Below are positions 47,497 through 57,530 of a stretch of DNA of 62,887 bases, piece after piece. The notes beneath the pieces were generated by a model that ran no database searches, had not been told where the DNA came from, and saw only the letters and a list, made by a program, of their open reading frames with translations. How positions within the stretch are numbered: the first letter of the stretch is position 1; each line of letters opens with the position of its first letter. The stretch lies in NCBI GenBank assembly GCA_035429885.1, contig DAOMFR010000022.1:1-62887 (forward strand), written 5' to 3'. This DNA comes from Blastocatellia bacterium. Lineage in GTDB: Bacteria > Acidobacteriota > Blastocatellia > RBC074. Both the position numbers and the translations under genes were made by a program.

Positions 47497-49311
47497 TTAT
47501 CCAAGCGGCGGATATTTCTTATGCCAATCGGTCGCTTGTTGATAGGCCATAGCCACGCGCAATGGAGCGCCTTCGTCATACAAATTGCCGGTAAACATGA
47601 TTGCTTGTGGAAGTTTGTTGATGAATCCACATGGAGTGACGACTGCCGGGTGGCCGGTCAAATTCGTCAACGTCAAGCTGGCGCTGCCCGGCGCAGGCGT
47701 AATAAAGCAATCCCAGTTTGCCATCAGTTTATCCATCTCCCGCATCAGCAAAGTCCGAGCGCGCTGCGCGCGAATGTATTCCACCGCTGGAATAAACCGC
47801 GAAGTGCGAAAGCTGTTCGGCCAGTCGTTGGGACTTTGACCTGACAACTGATTGACTCGGCCATCACGTGTGATGTCGTCAAAAGCGGCGGCGGCTTCGG
47901 CACTCAAAATTGTACGCAAGCTTTGGAAATTGAATTGCGGCAATTCAAATGGTTCCAACTTCGCACCGGCTTTTTGCAGAACGTCCAAGGCAACGCTGTA
48001 CATTTTTCGGCGATCTTCAGCGTTTTGCCCGCCTTGAGCACCGCCGCCAGCAGTGGGCTCGAACTCAGCTTTGATATAACCGATTTTCATTTGCGACAAA
48101 GGCCGATCAGGATTCCAGTGGAACGGAATGTCTTCGACTGTCAGATCGTGACCGTCAGGACCGTAAATCGCAGCCAACACCAGAGCGCAATCTTCGACCG
48201 AGCGGCAAATCGGCCCGATCTTGTCCATAGTCCAACTCAAGCCCATTGCACCATAACGACTGACTCGGCCATATGTCGGCCGCAATCCAGTGACTCCGCA
48301 ACGCGACGAAGGCGAAACAATTGAACCCAGCGTTTCAGTCCCTATCGCAAATCCGACCAACCCCGCCGAAGTCGCCGATGCCGATCCAGCCGACGACCCT
48401 GACGAACCTTGCGCGGTTTCTTCGGGTTGCCACGGATTGCGAGTCATGCCTTTGAACCAGCGTCCACCTTGCGCCAGTGCGCCCATTGAAAGTTTGGCGA
48501 CTAACACGGCTCCGGCTTCGCGCAATCGTTCGACGACGGTTGAATCGTAATCAATGACCTGATCTTTGTATGGCTCGGCTCCCCAGGTGGTCTTGATGCC
48601 TTTGGTCGCGAACAGGTCTTTGACTCCGCACGGAATGCCGTGCAGCGGGCCTCGATATTTACCAGCTTTGATTTCGCGGTCGGCAGCGTCAGCCTGTTGC
48701 AACGCCAGTTCTTCGGTCAGCGTGACGACGTTCAGCAATTTGTCGCCGTACTTTTTCAACCGCCCCAAATACATCTTGGTTAATTCAACCGAAGAGACTT
48801 TGCGCGTGCGAACCAGTTCAGCCAATTCCGCAACGGTAGCGAATGCGAGGTCCTCGACAGAAGCGAATTTCGGAGCGACGACCTTGGCTGCGGCTGCTTT
48901 TGATGATTTGCCCAAAGTCCTTGCAGACTTGGCCGCACGTTGGCGATAGGTTTTCAGCTTGCCGGGCAGCGCCGGATGAAAGGCCGTCGCCGGTTCTGTG
49001 TCGAGTGGAACGTCAATCTTTCGCACGGCTTCGTAACTGGCCAAATTGCGATTGACGCCGGGCAGAGCCATGTTTTCCTGAGCTTCGGTCAATTCAATCC
49101 CGATCAGTTTTTCAGTTGCCTGCAACATTTCGCGTGTCACGCGCTGAGCGGTTTGCTGCTGGCCAGCAGTTTGAGCCGAAACTGATTCCGCAGCCATCAT
49201 CGTCAAACTGGCGGCTCCCGCGGCTGGCATTAGTTTGACGAACGAGCGGCGGTTGAGGTTTGCATCCGAAATCGAGTCTTCGGTTGAATTCCGAGTGCGG
49301 GGGTTCTTCAT
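47497..49311 (-). CDS. Amidase-signature enzyme with Tat signal
   Basis: NRRSFVKLMPAAGAASL and the Gly/Ser-rich AS motif GSSGSSAGSASA. The ATG at 49311 is preceded by AAGGAGAGG, whereas the track start at 49344 is a TTG. Confidence 0.82.
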   Translation of the reverse strand: MKNPRTRNSTEDSISDANLNRRSFVKLMPAAGAASLTMMAAESVSAQTAGQQQTAQRVTREMLQATEKLIGIELTEAQENMALPGVNRNLASYEAVRKIDVPLDTEPATAFHPALPGKLKTYRQRAAKSARTLGKSSKAAAAKVVAPKFASVEDLAFATVAELAELVRTRKVSSVELTKMYLGRLKKYGDKLLNVVTLTEELALQQADAADREIKAGKYRGPLHGIPCGVKDLFATKGIKTTWGAEPYKDQVIDYDSTVVERLREAGAVLVAKLSMGALAQGGRWFKGMTRNPWQPEETAQGSSGSSAGSASATSAGLVGFAIGTETLGSIVSPSSRCGVTGLRPTYGRVSRYGAMGLSWTMDKIGPICRSVEDCALVLAAIYGPDGHDLTVEDIPFHWNPDRPLSQMKIGYIKAEFEPTAGGGAQGGQNAEDRRKMYSVALDVLQKAGAKLEPFELPQFNFQSLRTILSAEAAAAFDDITRDGRVNQLSGQSPNDWPNSFRTSRFIPAVEYIRAQRARTLLMREMDKLMANWDCFITPAPGSASLTLTNLTGHPAVVTPCGFINKLPQAIMFTGNLYDEGAPLRVAMAYQQATDWHKKYPPLG

Positions 49312-49470
49312 AGCGCTGCCTCTCCTTTTGAATGCACAAGGCAAGCAGGTAAGCTTGCCGGGTTTTCCGTCTATCCTGTATTGTCGCGGTGATTTTTGGT
49401 GGAACTACTCAACCGAAATAACACACATCAATCTTTCGTGCCAAACGAAAACCAAAAGGAGTCGAAGCTC

Positions 49471-50307
49471 TTGAAGCATATTTTTCTGATTATAGTGGCC
49501 TTGCTGCTGATAGTTTCCGCTGCGTTCGGTCAAACCAAACCTGCACGCACTGGACAAGCCAAAACGGTTTCAGCTCCCGCGACTGGTGCCGAAGCTCAAT
49601 TAAAAAAGCTGGAACGTGATTGGTTCACGGCCATCGTCAAAAAAGACGCCGCCGTGCTCAACCGAATCTTCGGCGACGATTTCACGGCCATCAACTCGGA
49701 CGGCAGTCTTGTCACCAAAGCCGGGATGCTGGAAATGGTGAAGTCTGGCAAAGTCCAGCTTGATGACATTCGCAGCGAAGAATTCAAACTACGGCTGTAT
49801 GGCTTGACTGCAGTTGTGACTGGCCGTTCAACATACATTCGCACCGATAAACCGCTTGGAACCTCCACCCACACGGAAGTCTGGGTGAAACGCGCGGGAA
49901 TGTGGAAAGCCGTTAGCTGGGTTTCCATCCCGCTGAAAGCATCTGTCTTAGGAGCAAAAGCAGTGACTACTGATTCCGGTTTAAGATACGAAGACATCGT
50001 GGTAGGCACGGGCGCAAGCCCGCAATCCGGTCATCAAGTGACGGTTCATTACACAGGCACGCTGGACGACGGAACAAAGTTTGACAGTTCCCTGGATCGC
50101 GGTCAGCCCTTCACTTTCCAGATTGGCCTGGGACGCGTGATCAAAGGTTGGGATGAAGGTGTGATGACGATGAAGGTCGGCGGCAAACGCAAATTGGTGA
50201 TCCCTCCGCAACTCGGTTACGGAGCGCGCGGCGCTGGCGGCGTGATTCCGCCAAACGCCACGCTGGTCTTTGAAGTGGAGTTGCTAGATACGAAAGAACA
50301 AAAGTGA
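49471..50307 (+). CDS. Exported DUF4440 (SnoaL-like) - FKBP-type peptidyl-prolyl isomerase fusion
   Basis: A TTG at 49471 lies 9 nt after AAGGAG. The protein has a signal peptide, the N-terminal module [17 protein letters not shown], and the C-terminal FKBP motifs [16 protein letters not shown] ... GWDEGV ... LVFEVELL. Confidence 0.8.
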   Translation: MKHIFLIIVALLLIVSAAFGQTKPARTGQAKTVSAPATGAEAQLKKLERDWFTAIVKKDAAVLNRIFGDDFTAINSDGSLVTKAGMLEMVKSGKVQLDDIRSEEFKLRLYGLTAVVTGRSTYIRTDKPLGTSTHTEVWVKRAGMWKAVSWVSIPLKASVLGAKAVTTDSGLRYEDIVVGTGASPQSGHQVTVHYTGTLDDGTKFDSSLDRGQPFTFQIGLGRVIKGWDEGVMTMKVGGKRKLVIPPQLGYGARGAGGVIPPNATLVFEVELLDTKEQK

Positions 50308-50316
50308 TAAAGCTCA

Positions 50317-50375
50317 TAGTCCCGGCTTCAGTGGAAATGCTCACCTTTGATCGTTTCTGTCTGAAGACGGGACTA
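50317..50375. terminator. 15-bp inverted repeat (one mismatch) between convergent genes
   Basis: TAGTCCCGGCTTCAG (50317-50331) pairs with CTGAAGACGGGACTA (50361-50375) across a 29-nt loop. Confidence 0.35.
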
Positions 50376-50381
50376 CACCTG

Positions 50382-53267
50382 TCATTGCCATTCAACCAAC
50401 TGACGCCGAACCGTTTCTGCGGATGGATGTTTGGCAATCTCAAACAGTTCCAATGCTTTTTGAGCGTGCTCGCTGGCCTGAACGCGGTCGCCGAGTTTTT
50501 CCAAAGCCAGCGCCAAGTTGAAAAAGACTGTTGCCTCTCCCGCCACATCGTCCATCTGAGTAATGATGCTAAACGCCTGCTTTAGCAATTCGACGGCCCG
50601 CATCAATTCGCCGGTTGAAGTGTAAGCTTCACCCAAATTGGTCAACGCCGAGGCTTCACTGCGGCGGTCGCCGGTTTCGGCTGCCAGAACGCGCTGGCGT
50701 TCCAGAAACTCCACGGCTTGCGATTGATGGCCGATCAAGTAATAAGCCACTCCCAATCCGCCCAAGGCTTTGGCTTCATTGCGACGATCACCAATTTCTC
50801 GAGCGACTGTTAGTGACTGTTGCAGATAGCCGATTGCTTGTTCGTAATCTTGCAAGTTTGACCAGGCATAACCCAAATTGGCCAGCGCTCCGGCTTCGCC
50901 ACGCCGGTCGCCAATCTCTCGCGTGATGCGAAACTGTTCGCTGAGCAAGTCAATAGCCATTTGCGCATCGCCGAGCGCGTAATGCGTCAACCCAAGCCCT
51001 CCCAGCGCATTGCTTTCGTTGCGCCTGTCGCCAAGCTCGCGCGCCAAATGCAATTGTCGCTCAAGCAAATCTGTCGCCTGGCGTGATTCCCCCGCTGTAT
51101 AAAGCGTCAGGCCAAGCGCCCCCAGCGCGCTCGCTTCAGCGCGGTGATCATCCAATTCATGTGCAATGACCAGCGCGAATTCGTGATATTCGCGCGCTTT
51201 CGCCAGTTCGCCGCCCAGGTAATACGCCGTCCCCAACCCAACCAACGCATCGGCTTCGCTGCGGCGATTTTTGGTTTCCCGCGCAATTTCCAGCGCCTGC
51301 TGGTAACAATCAATCGAGTGATGAATCTCGCTCAGATCGGCGTACGAATCGCCAAGTGCAATCAAATGCTTGCCAATCGATTTGCGACGTTGCATTTGTT
51401 TGGAAGCTGCCAACGCCGCTTCGCTCCAACGAATTCGCTCGCGCGGATGCTGGCGTAAACTTAAAACATACTTGCCCGCGTCCGGGAACGAATTGCATAA
51501 ATCGCAAGCCATTCGGTTGCTTTCAAATTTTGTCGCGGCCCAGGTTTGCGCTGCCTGAATGTTTTGCCATTCCAAATCAACCAGGTCCAACCCTTGTTTC
51601 AGAAATTCGCTGCCTTGTTCGTAAAGCGCGTCGGCTTCGTGCAGAAGGCTTTGGTAATGTGCCGCGTGATGATGCCGGGCGATGGCGCGCTCCTGTCCGT
51701 TAAGCGAAGATTCGGCAAACAGAATCATCAGGTCGTGCAGCCTGTAACGTCCCGTTGAGTGGTTGCGTTCAATCAGGCTGTAGGCCATCAATCGTTCCAG
51801 CGCATTGGCTGCTCGTTCCGGGTGAATCTTCCAAACAGCGGCGGCGGCATTGACATCAAAGGTGCCGGGAAAAACCGCCAAAGTCCGCCACAGTTTCCGC
51901 AAGCCCGGGACCAGCATTTCGTAACTGGCGCGCAAGACTGCGTCCACTGCGCGACGCGCTCCTTCCTGAGTCTGCCAGCGAATCAGTCGCTTGGAATATT
52001 CCTCCATGCCCAGGTCGGGATTTTGCGTCAGCGCGCTGGCAGCCAACCGCATGGTCAACGGCAAGTAACCGCACAATTCGGCCAGCCGTCCGGCTTTGTC
52101 ACCGATTCGCGGCAACAAGCGGCGCAATAATTCCTGAGCTTCCGCCGCTGGCAAAGTGTCCAATCGGCTGGCAAACATGCCGGTCAGCGATAAATGCTGG
52201 CGAGAAGTGACAATCAGCAAACTTCCCGCAGGCGGAATCAATGAGGCAATTTGCTGGGTATTCGCGGCGTTGTCGAACAGCAATAACGCCCGTTTGCCCT
52301 TGAGCACAGAATTGTACAAGGCACCAAGCTCGGCCTCGTTTTCCGGCAACCGCGCGGCGGGCATGTAAGCGCGAATCACATGCGCACGAATGTCTGCAAC
52401 AGATAGCGGTTGCGGGCTGGCGCCTTTCAAATCCAGAAAAAGTTGCGCATCGGGATAATGCGGCGTCATTTGGTGAGCCAGCTTCAGCGCCAGCGTGGTT
52501 TTGCCTACTCCGCCCAAACCTTGAATGCTTAACACGCGGTTGTCTGGATTGGCGCGCGCGGCCATCAACTCCGCCAGCTCGAACGAACGTCCAGCAAATT
52601 CCACTAACGACGGCGGCAATTGATTGAGCAGAGCTGATAACGTCTCAGTCGAGCTATTCAGGCCCGGCAGTGTTTCTGTCACGGCAAGATTCGTGAGGTT
52701 CATATTGTGCGTTGAGTTAAGAACGGTTTCGGCTTCGTGCGATTCGTCACTCATTGCCAAATCGCACACGCTGTCAGCCGTTGCTTGAGGTAACCGGGGC
52801 AAATTGATTTTCACATTCTCAGCCGAGCGAACTGTCACGACTGAACCACCCAAAAATGGATCCACCTCCGAAACTTGAAACTCAGTCGAATCGGCAGCAG
52901 ATGTTTTACCAACAAACGAATCGCTGACGCTGAACAAGCGATTGCTAATGAACGAGTCTGGTTGGCGTTCCAATTCTTCGCCAATCACAAACTCGTCACT
53001 CCATTGTTCGGCTTCTTCAACCAATCGTTTTGCCTCCGGATACGAAGGCGCTGGCTTCCATCGAAAAGTCAAAATCAGAAACACAATTGAAGTCGTTCCG
53101 GCCATTGCGGCCAAAGGCATTAATCGCGACATGGCTTGCAGCCATTCGTTTTCAATGCCTCCCAATCCCATTACCGGCGCCAACCCGCGCACAGCCATAA
53201 ACAACAAGGCAGACAAAGCGACTACCACAAACACAATCGTTGACCATCTTTTCATAACTGGCACCAC
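50382..53267 (-). CDS. Membrane-anchored STAND NTPase: 2 TM - linker - NB-ARC - TPR repeats
   Basis: P-loop GLGGVGKTT (residues 250-258, about 52494-52520), Walker B LLLFDNA, GSLLIVTSR, YLPLTMRLAA, and an MHD-like RLHDL. Two N-terminal hydrophobic helices. The track start is a GTG, and an ATG lies at 53255. Confidence 0.85.
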   Translation of the reverse strand: MVPVMKRWSTIVFVVVALSALLFMAVRGLAPVMGLGGIENEWLQAMSRLMPLAAMAGTTSIVFLILTFRWKPAPSYPEAKRLVEEAEQWSDEFVIGEELERQPDSFISNRLFSVSDSFVGKTSAADSTEFQVSEVDPFLGGSVVTVRSAENVKINLPRLPQATADSVCDLAMSDESHEAETVLNSTHNMNLTNLAVTETLPGLNSSTETLSALLNQLPPSLVEFAGRSFELAELMAARANPDNRVLSIQGLGGVGKTTLALKLAHQMTPHYPDAQLFLDLKGASPQPLSVADIRAHVIRAYMPAARLPENEAELGALYNSVLKGKRALLLFDNAANTQQIASLIPPAGSLLIVTSRQHLSLTGMFASRLDTLPAAEAQELLRRLLPRIGDKAGRLAELCGYLPLTMRLAASALTQNPDLGMEEYSKRLIRWQTQEGARRAVDAVLRASYEMLVPGLRKLWRTLAVFPGTFDVNAAAAVWKIHPERAANALERLMAYSLIERNHSTGRYRLHDLMILFAESSLNGQERAIARHHHAAHYQSLLHEADALYEQGSEFLKQGLDLVDLEWQNIQAAQTWAATKFESNRMACDLCNSFPDAGKYVLSLRQHPRERIRWSEAALAASKQMQRRKSIGKHLIALGDSYADLSEIHHSIDCYQQALEIARETKNRRSEADALVGLGTAYYLGGELAKAREYHEFALVIAHELDDHRAEASALGALGLTLYTAGESRQATDLLERQLHLARELGDRRNESNALGGLGLTHYALGDAQMAIDLLSEQFRITREIGDRRGEAGALANLGYAWSNLQDYEQAIGYLQQSLTVAREIGDRRNEAKALGGLGVAYYLIGHQSQAVEFLERQRVLAAETGDRRSEASALTNLGEAYTSTGELMRAVELLKQAFSIITQMDDVAGEATVFFNLALALEKLGDRVQASEHAQKALELFEIAKHPSAETVRRQLVEWQ
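50433..51392 (-). repeat. Eight tandem 40-aa TPR-like units within the STAND gene (protein-level repeat)
   Basis: Units begin at residues 626, 666, 706, 746, 786, 826, 866 and 906. The consensus is GDRR-x-E-x-x-AL-x-x-LG-x-x-Y ... ARE(I/L). Confidence 0.8.
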
Positions 53268-53486
53268 TACTTGCTCAGCACCGCTGGTCGGGGCGGTCGA
53301 GCGGTCACTAAATTGAATGAAGGAACACCCGCTGAACTCCTATGGCTACAGGTTCAGCAGCAATTTTCTCGGCGGGGCAATTCGGGGTAGCAAACGGGCG
53401 GGGCGAGAACAATTTTTCGATCAAGGGGTCAAGAACAAAATTGGGCTTGCCAGCAGTCGTTCCAGTCCTGACTGCTGGTCACAAAA

Positions 53487-54596
53487 TTAAAACACGCCTT
53501 CCAGCGTTTCTTTCATCAGCGAATCAACCACGGAACGCAAGTCGCCGGTTTCCTGGAAAACCCGCAACTGCCGGTCGGCGCTGGTTCCATTTTCCAGAAT
53601 TGTATTCACGTAATTGATCTCTTCACGGCAACCCAATTCATCCACAACGTCGTCCACGAACTCCAACAGCTCCTGAATCAGACCGCGAAGCGGAACTTCT
53701 TCGCGTTTGCCGAAGTCAATCAGCTTGCCATCTAAACCATACCGCGCCGCGCGCCATTTGTTTTCTTCGATCAAGGCTCGGCGATACAGACGAAATCCCA
53801 TGTTCTGACGGTACAATTTGTAGAGTTTTGCCGTAACCGCTTGAAAGAGCGCCGCAATGGTGATGGTTTCTTCGACTTTGGTCGGGATGTCGCAGATGCG
53901 AAATTCCAGCGTTGGGTACACGTGGTGAGGGCGGACATCCCACCAAATCTTTTTGCCGTTATCAATGCAGCCAGTTTTGACCAGCAGGTTCACGAAGTTA
54001 TCGAATTCGCTTACCGAACTGAAATACTCGGGGATGCCCGTGCGCGGAAACTGTTTGAAAACTTCGTAGCGGTAACTTTTCATTCCCGTGTTGCGACCGA
54101 TCCAGAACGGCGAACTGGTCGAAAGCGCATAAATGTGCGGCAAGAAGTATCGCGCTGCATTCATCACGGCAATGGCGGCTTCGCGATCAGCCACTCCAAC
54201 GTGAACGTGCATGCCAAAGATCAGCAATGCACGGGCGGAATGTTGCAGCTCTTCGATCATTTGGTAATAACGCTCGTTTTCGGTGATCTGCTGATCGGCC
54301 CAATGAGAAATCGGATGCGTGGAGGCCGCGACAATCGCCAAACCTTTACGATGCGCCAGCTCGCTGATTGCTCGACGCAACTTCATGACGTCTTTGCGAG
54401 CTTCTTTAACGTCACGGCAAATGCCGGTGCCGACTTCGATCATTGATTGATGCATTTCCGGCTTGACCTGCTCGCCAAGCAGCATCCGGCCTTCTTCCAA
54501 AATTTCGTTGACGCGGGATCGTAACTCGCGCGTTTGCGGGTCAATGATTTGAAACTCTTCCTCGATTCCGATGGTAAAGTCGTTGTCGAACGGCAT
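53487..54596 (-). CDS. Carboxylate-amine ligase (YbdK / GCS2 family)
   Basis: [22 protein letters not shown]. The ATG at 54596 lies 5 nt after GGAGG, and the track start at 54731 is over-extended. Confidence 0.85.
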   Translation of the reverse strand: MPFDNDFTIGIEEEFQIIDPQTRELRSRVNEILEEGRMLLGEQVKPEMHQSMIEVGTGICRDVKEARKDVMKLRRAISELAHRKGLAIVAASTHPISHWADQQITENERYYQMIEELQHSARALLIFGMHVHVGVADREAAIAVMNAARYFLPHIYALSTSSPFWIGRNTGMKSYRYEVFKQFPRTGIPEYFSSVSEFDNFVNLLVKTGCIDNGKKIWWDVRPHHVYPTLEFRICDIPTKVEETITIAALFQAVTAKLYKLYRQNMGFRLYRRALIEENKWRAARYGLDGKLIDFGKREEVPLRGLIQELLEFVDDVVDELGCREEINYVNTILENGTSADRQLRVFQETGDLRSVVDSLMKETLEGVF

Positions 54597-54777
54597 GGGC
54601 CTCCGTACTCTGGCGTTATTCTGCTTTCTAAGATTGTTGTTCAAAGTGGAAGTGTCAGCAACTTTGAACCGGGTCGGGGTTCGGAACCGTTTCCGAACAA
54701 AAAGTCGGGCGGATGGTAAGGCTTTTGCCAAAACGTGGCAAGAAGAAATTCAAGTTCATTCTGGGAGTCCGTCGTAA

Positions 54778-57345
54778 CTATTGCTGCGGATCAAGCCTTG
54801 GAAGATTGTCAGCCGCAACGCTTTCCGGCAGTGACAGCGACAACAGAGTCACGCCATAAGCCGCCGCGCCAGCCAACAAAACCGCCGTGTAGCTGACATT
54901 CATCGCCAGCAACATCCCGAGCGTAGAAGCCACCACGCCACAGATTCCGTTGATTCCCCACATCCAAGGCACCAATTCCTGCTGTTTCGTCAGCGCCAAC
55001 CGCCGCACTCCCAATGGATAAATCATCCCCATAAACAGCGCCAGCGGAGCAATCAGCGCCACCGACATAACCATGCGAGCCAGCCAACTCCAACTCGTCG
55101 CCTGCTCCAACCAACCCGGAGTGGCAAATGTCGTTAATAAAATGCCCAGCAGAATCAAGAATAGCGCCCATCTGGTTACCTGAGTCAGCCAGGCGTCGCG
55201 AACTTTCTCCGTCAGGAAGCTGCCGATTCCGCCAAACAATAGTAACGCAAACAGAACAACCGAGATCGCGTACGATGGATGTCCTAGAAACAAAATGTAC
55301 CGTTGGATCAGCGCCAGTTCGATGAGCATAAACCCCAACCCGATGCCGCCGAAGTAAAGCCACAGCGGCAACACTGACTTTCCGGCGACTTCTTTCGCCC
55401 GGTTCCGCGCCCAATCGGTTCTTAGTGGCCGGATCGTGAAATAGAAGCAGGCGTAACACATCAGCAGCAGCGTTGCGCCCAGCAAGAGCGTTGAACGGCT
55501 GCCACGGCTGAAATCGCCGGAACGAATGGCGTCGAGCCAGCTTTGAACCGGACGGTCAATGTTAAAGAAAAACGGACGGTCATCGGTCGGCGGGCTAAGG
55601 TCATAGCGGCTGCGAGCCAGCGCCTGTGAATCAAGTTGCAGCAAGCCGGCAAGATCGAAAGGGGCCGCCATTTGCACGCCGTCAGATTGCGGCCACAACA
55701 ATGTATATCCCCGTTCCCGGCAAAGCTGCCGTAACGCTGCCTTGTCCGCGTCCGTAAATGCGGATCGTTTCAGCAACAGCGTCGCCACGGCAGTATTGAG
55801 AAAGCCCGGGCTGGTCAAAATGGCAACGTGTTGTCCTGCTTGTTCCAGGCCTGCGCGGCGCAACGCGTTGGCCATCAGCACGGCGACGCGAGCAGTTTCG
55901 CCATGTTTTTCCGGGTCATACCAGCGGGAAACACTCAACACGCCATCCGGTTTCAATCGCGACAAATACAGATCAAACGCTTCCTGGGTGTACAAGCTGT
56001 TTTCGGTCATGACCATCGAACCGGCCATGGACGAAGCCCAGGTATCAATCATGGACATCTGAATCAGATCGTAATTTGTCTGGCGACGACTTAACTCGTT
56101 GCGAGCTTCGCCAATCGTCAGATGTACTCGCGGATGAGAGTACGTTCGCCCGCTGTAATCGCCAAACTGACGCTGAACGGCTTCGACCACGGCGGGATTC
56201 AGTTCCACGACTTCAACTTTTCCCACGTCAAAAGCGAGTGCGGTCAATACATCACGTCCGCCTCCGCCGCCAATGATGAATGCTTGTTCCGGCGGCAAGC
56301 CCATTGCTGCGCGCCAGACATACGCCGCCGCCGTGACATCCCAGGAAAGAAATTCCAGCTTGCGTTTGTCCTGCAAAGCCCCAACGCCGTCCTGCAAAAT
56401 CGGAGTGCCCGCGTCCGAATCCAGTTGCAGCCACAACGCAGGCAGCGCGACACCTTTGAATTCACGGCTAATGCCCCAGCCGGATTGCCACAAGCGGCGC
56501 AGTTTTTCAGTGTCTTCTGTCGTCAACTGACTGCCGCTTTTCGCTTGCAGCATCTGAACCGCTTCGCTGGTTCCGGGAATTTCGTTGGATACCGACACGC
56601 GAGCCAGCGCGTTCCAGCGTTCCCACAACACCTGGCGTTGATCCTGACCTTTGGCAAATTTCAACCGAACAAGTTCCGGTCGCATGACGCTGACGCTCCA
56701 GACCATAAGTAAAACTGCGCACAATCCCCAGCCGATGCTCTGCGCGCGCCGATTGCCGTGAGACACAGATAACAGCAAACCGGACAATCCCAGGCCCACC
56801 GCGCTAAGCAGCAAAACACTCAGCGCGCTAAAGCGATTCAGCAGCGGCGTCACCAGCAAACAGCCTGCGGCTGCGCCCATCAGATCGAACCAGTACAGCC
56901 GGGCGACATCATCGGCGTAATGACTAAGCACAACCACCACGACGTATCCGCTATAAAAGAACCAACTGAAAAACAGCACTGCGGCGAACAGCAGTTGAAA
57001 TGGCTGGACACCCGCTCCCCAATCTCGCGCAACAATCACAATGAAACAGATCAAGGTCAGCACTGTCGCCATGGCAGATTTATACGCGGCGTTGACGCTA
57101 TCCGCGACGGTAACTGGGCGCTCCGTTCGCTTCATCCCCAGAAAAACCGCGATTGCAGAAGACGCCATGCCCAGCATAACGACGGAAAGAATCATGAACG
57201 CCGAATGGTAATTGGCGATCACGGACATCACGCGAGTCAGCGCGATTTGCGAAACCAGAATGGTCAGCGCCGTCAGCATCAGCCCAAACTTCACAGGCCA
57301 CGGAGCAGAACGACGATTTGCGAAAACGATTATTCCTGAGGTCAC
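54778..57345 (-). CDS. Polytopic membrane protein with central spermidine/spermine-synthase-like methyltransferase-fold domain
   Basis: About 7 N-terminal and about 6 C-terminal hydrophobic segments flank FIIGGGGGRDVLTALAFDVGKVEVVELNP. The start codon is GTG. Confidence 0.78.
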   Translation of the reverse strand: MTSGIIVFANRRSAPWPVKFGLMLTALTILVSQIALTRVMSVIANYHSAFMILSVVMLGMASSAIAVFLGMKRTERPVTVADSVNAAYKSAMATVLTLICFIVIVARDWGAGVQPFQLLFAAVLFFSWFFYSGYVVVVVLSHYADDVARLYWFDLMGAAAGCLLVTPLLNRFSALSVLLLSAVGLGLSGLLLSVSHGNRRAQSIGWGLCAVLLMVWSVSVMRPELVRLKFAKGQDQRQVLWERWNALARVSVSNEIPGTSEAVQMLQAKSGSQLTTEDTEKLRRLWQSGWGISREFKGVALPALWLQLDSDAGTPILQDGVGALQDKRKLEFLSWDVTAAAYVWRAAMGLPPEQAFIIGGGGGRDVLTALAFDVGKVEVVELNPAVVEAVQRQFGDYSGRTYSHPRVHLTIGEARNELSRRQTNYDLIQMSMIDTWASSMAGSMVMTENSLYTQEAFDLYLSRLKPDGVLSVSRWYDPEKHGETARVAVLMANALRRAGLEQAGQHVAILTSPGFLNTAVATLLLKRSAFTDADKAALRQLCRERGYTLLWPQSDGVQMAAPFDLAGLLQLDSQALARSRYDLSPPTDDRPFFFNIDRPVQSWLDAIRSGDFSRGSRSTLLLGATLLLMCYACFYFTIRPLRTDWARNRAKEVAGKSVLPLWLYFGGIGLGFMLIELALIQRYILFLGHPSYAISVVLFALLLFGGIGSFLTEKVRDAWLTQVTRWALFLILLGILLTTFATPGWLEQATSWSWLARMVMSVALIAPLALFMGMIYPLGVRRLALTKQQELVPWMWGINGICGVVASTLGMLLAMNVSYTAVLLAGAAAYGVTLLSLSLPESVAADNLPRLDPQQ

Positions 57346-57530
57346 AAGGTGTCCCTTTTATTTGTTGCTGATGGGGGGTGGTTAATATGGGCGGGGCTGA
57401 ACAAAGCTGGCAACGCCGATGTCGATGATGTCGCACAATTGGGAGAATCAACTTCATTCTCAAAAAGAAAGGGCAGCAAGCAGCTTACAATGATTGCCAC
57501 CTGCTGCCCAATCCAATTCTTGGCAATGTG

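Noticed and set aside
50433-51392. Regular 120-nt periodicity that could be mistaken for a DNA tandem repeat or CRISPR-like array.
   Set aside because: The periodicity is at the protein level (40-aa TPR-like units) with divergent nucleotide sequence. There are no identical direct repeats or spacers. The same applies to the Asp-box periodicity in 35778-37616.
53841-54446. 201-aa plus-strand ORF.
   Set aside because: It is antisense to the GCS2 ligase gene. The same reasoning applies to 56122-56712 (inside the membrane spermidine-synthase-like gene) and 57528-58151 (inside pckA).
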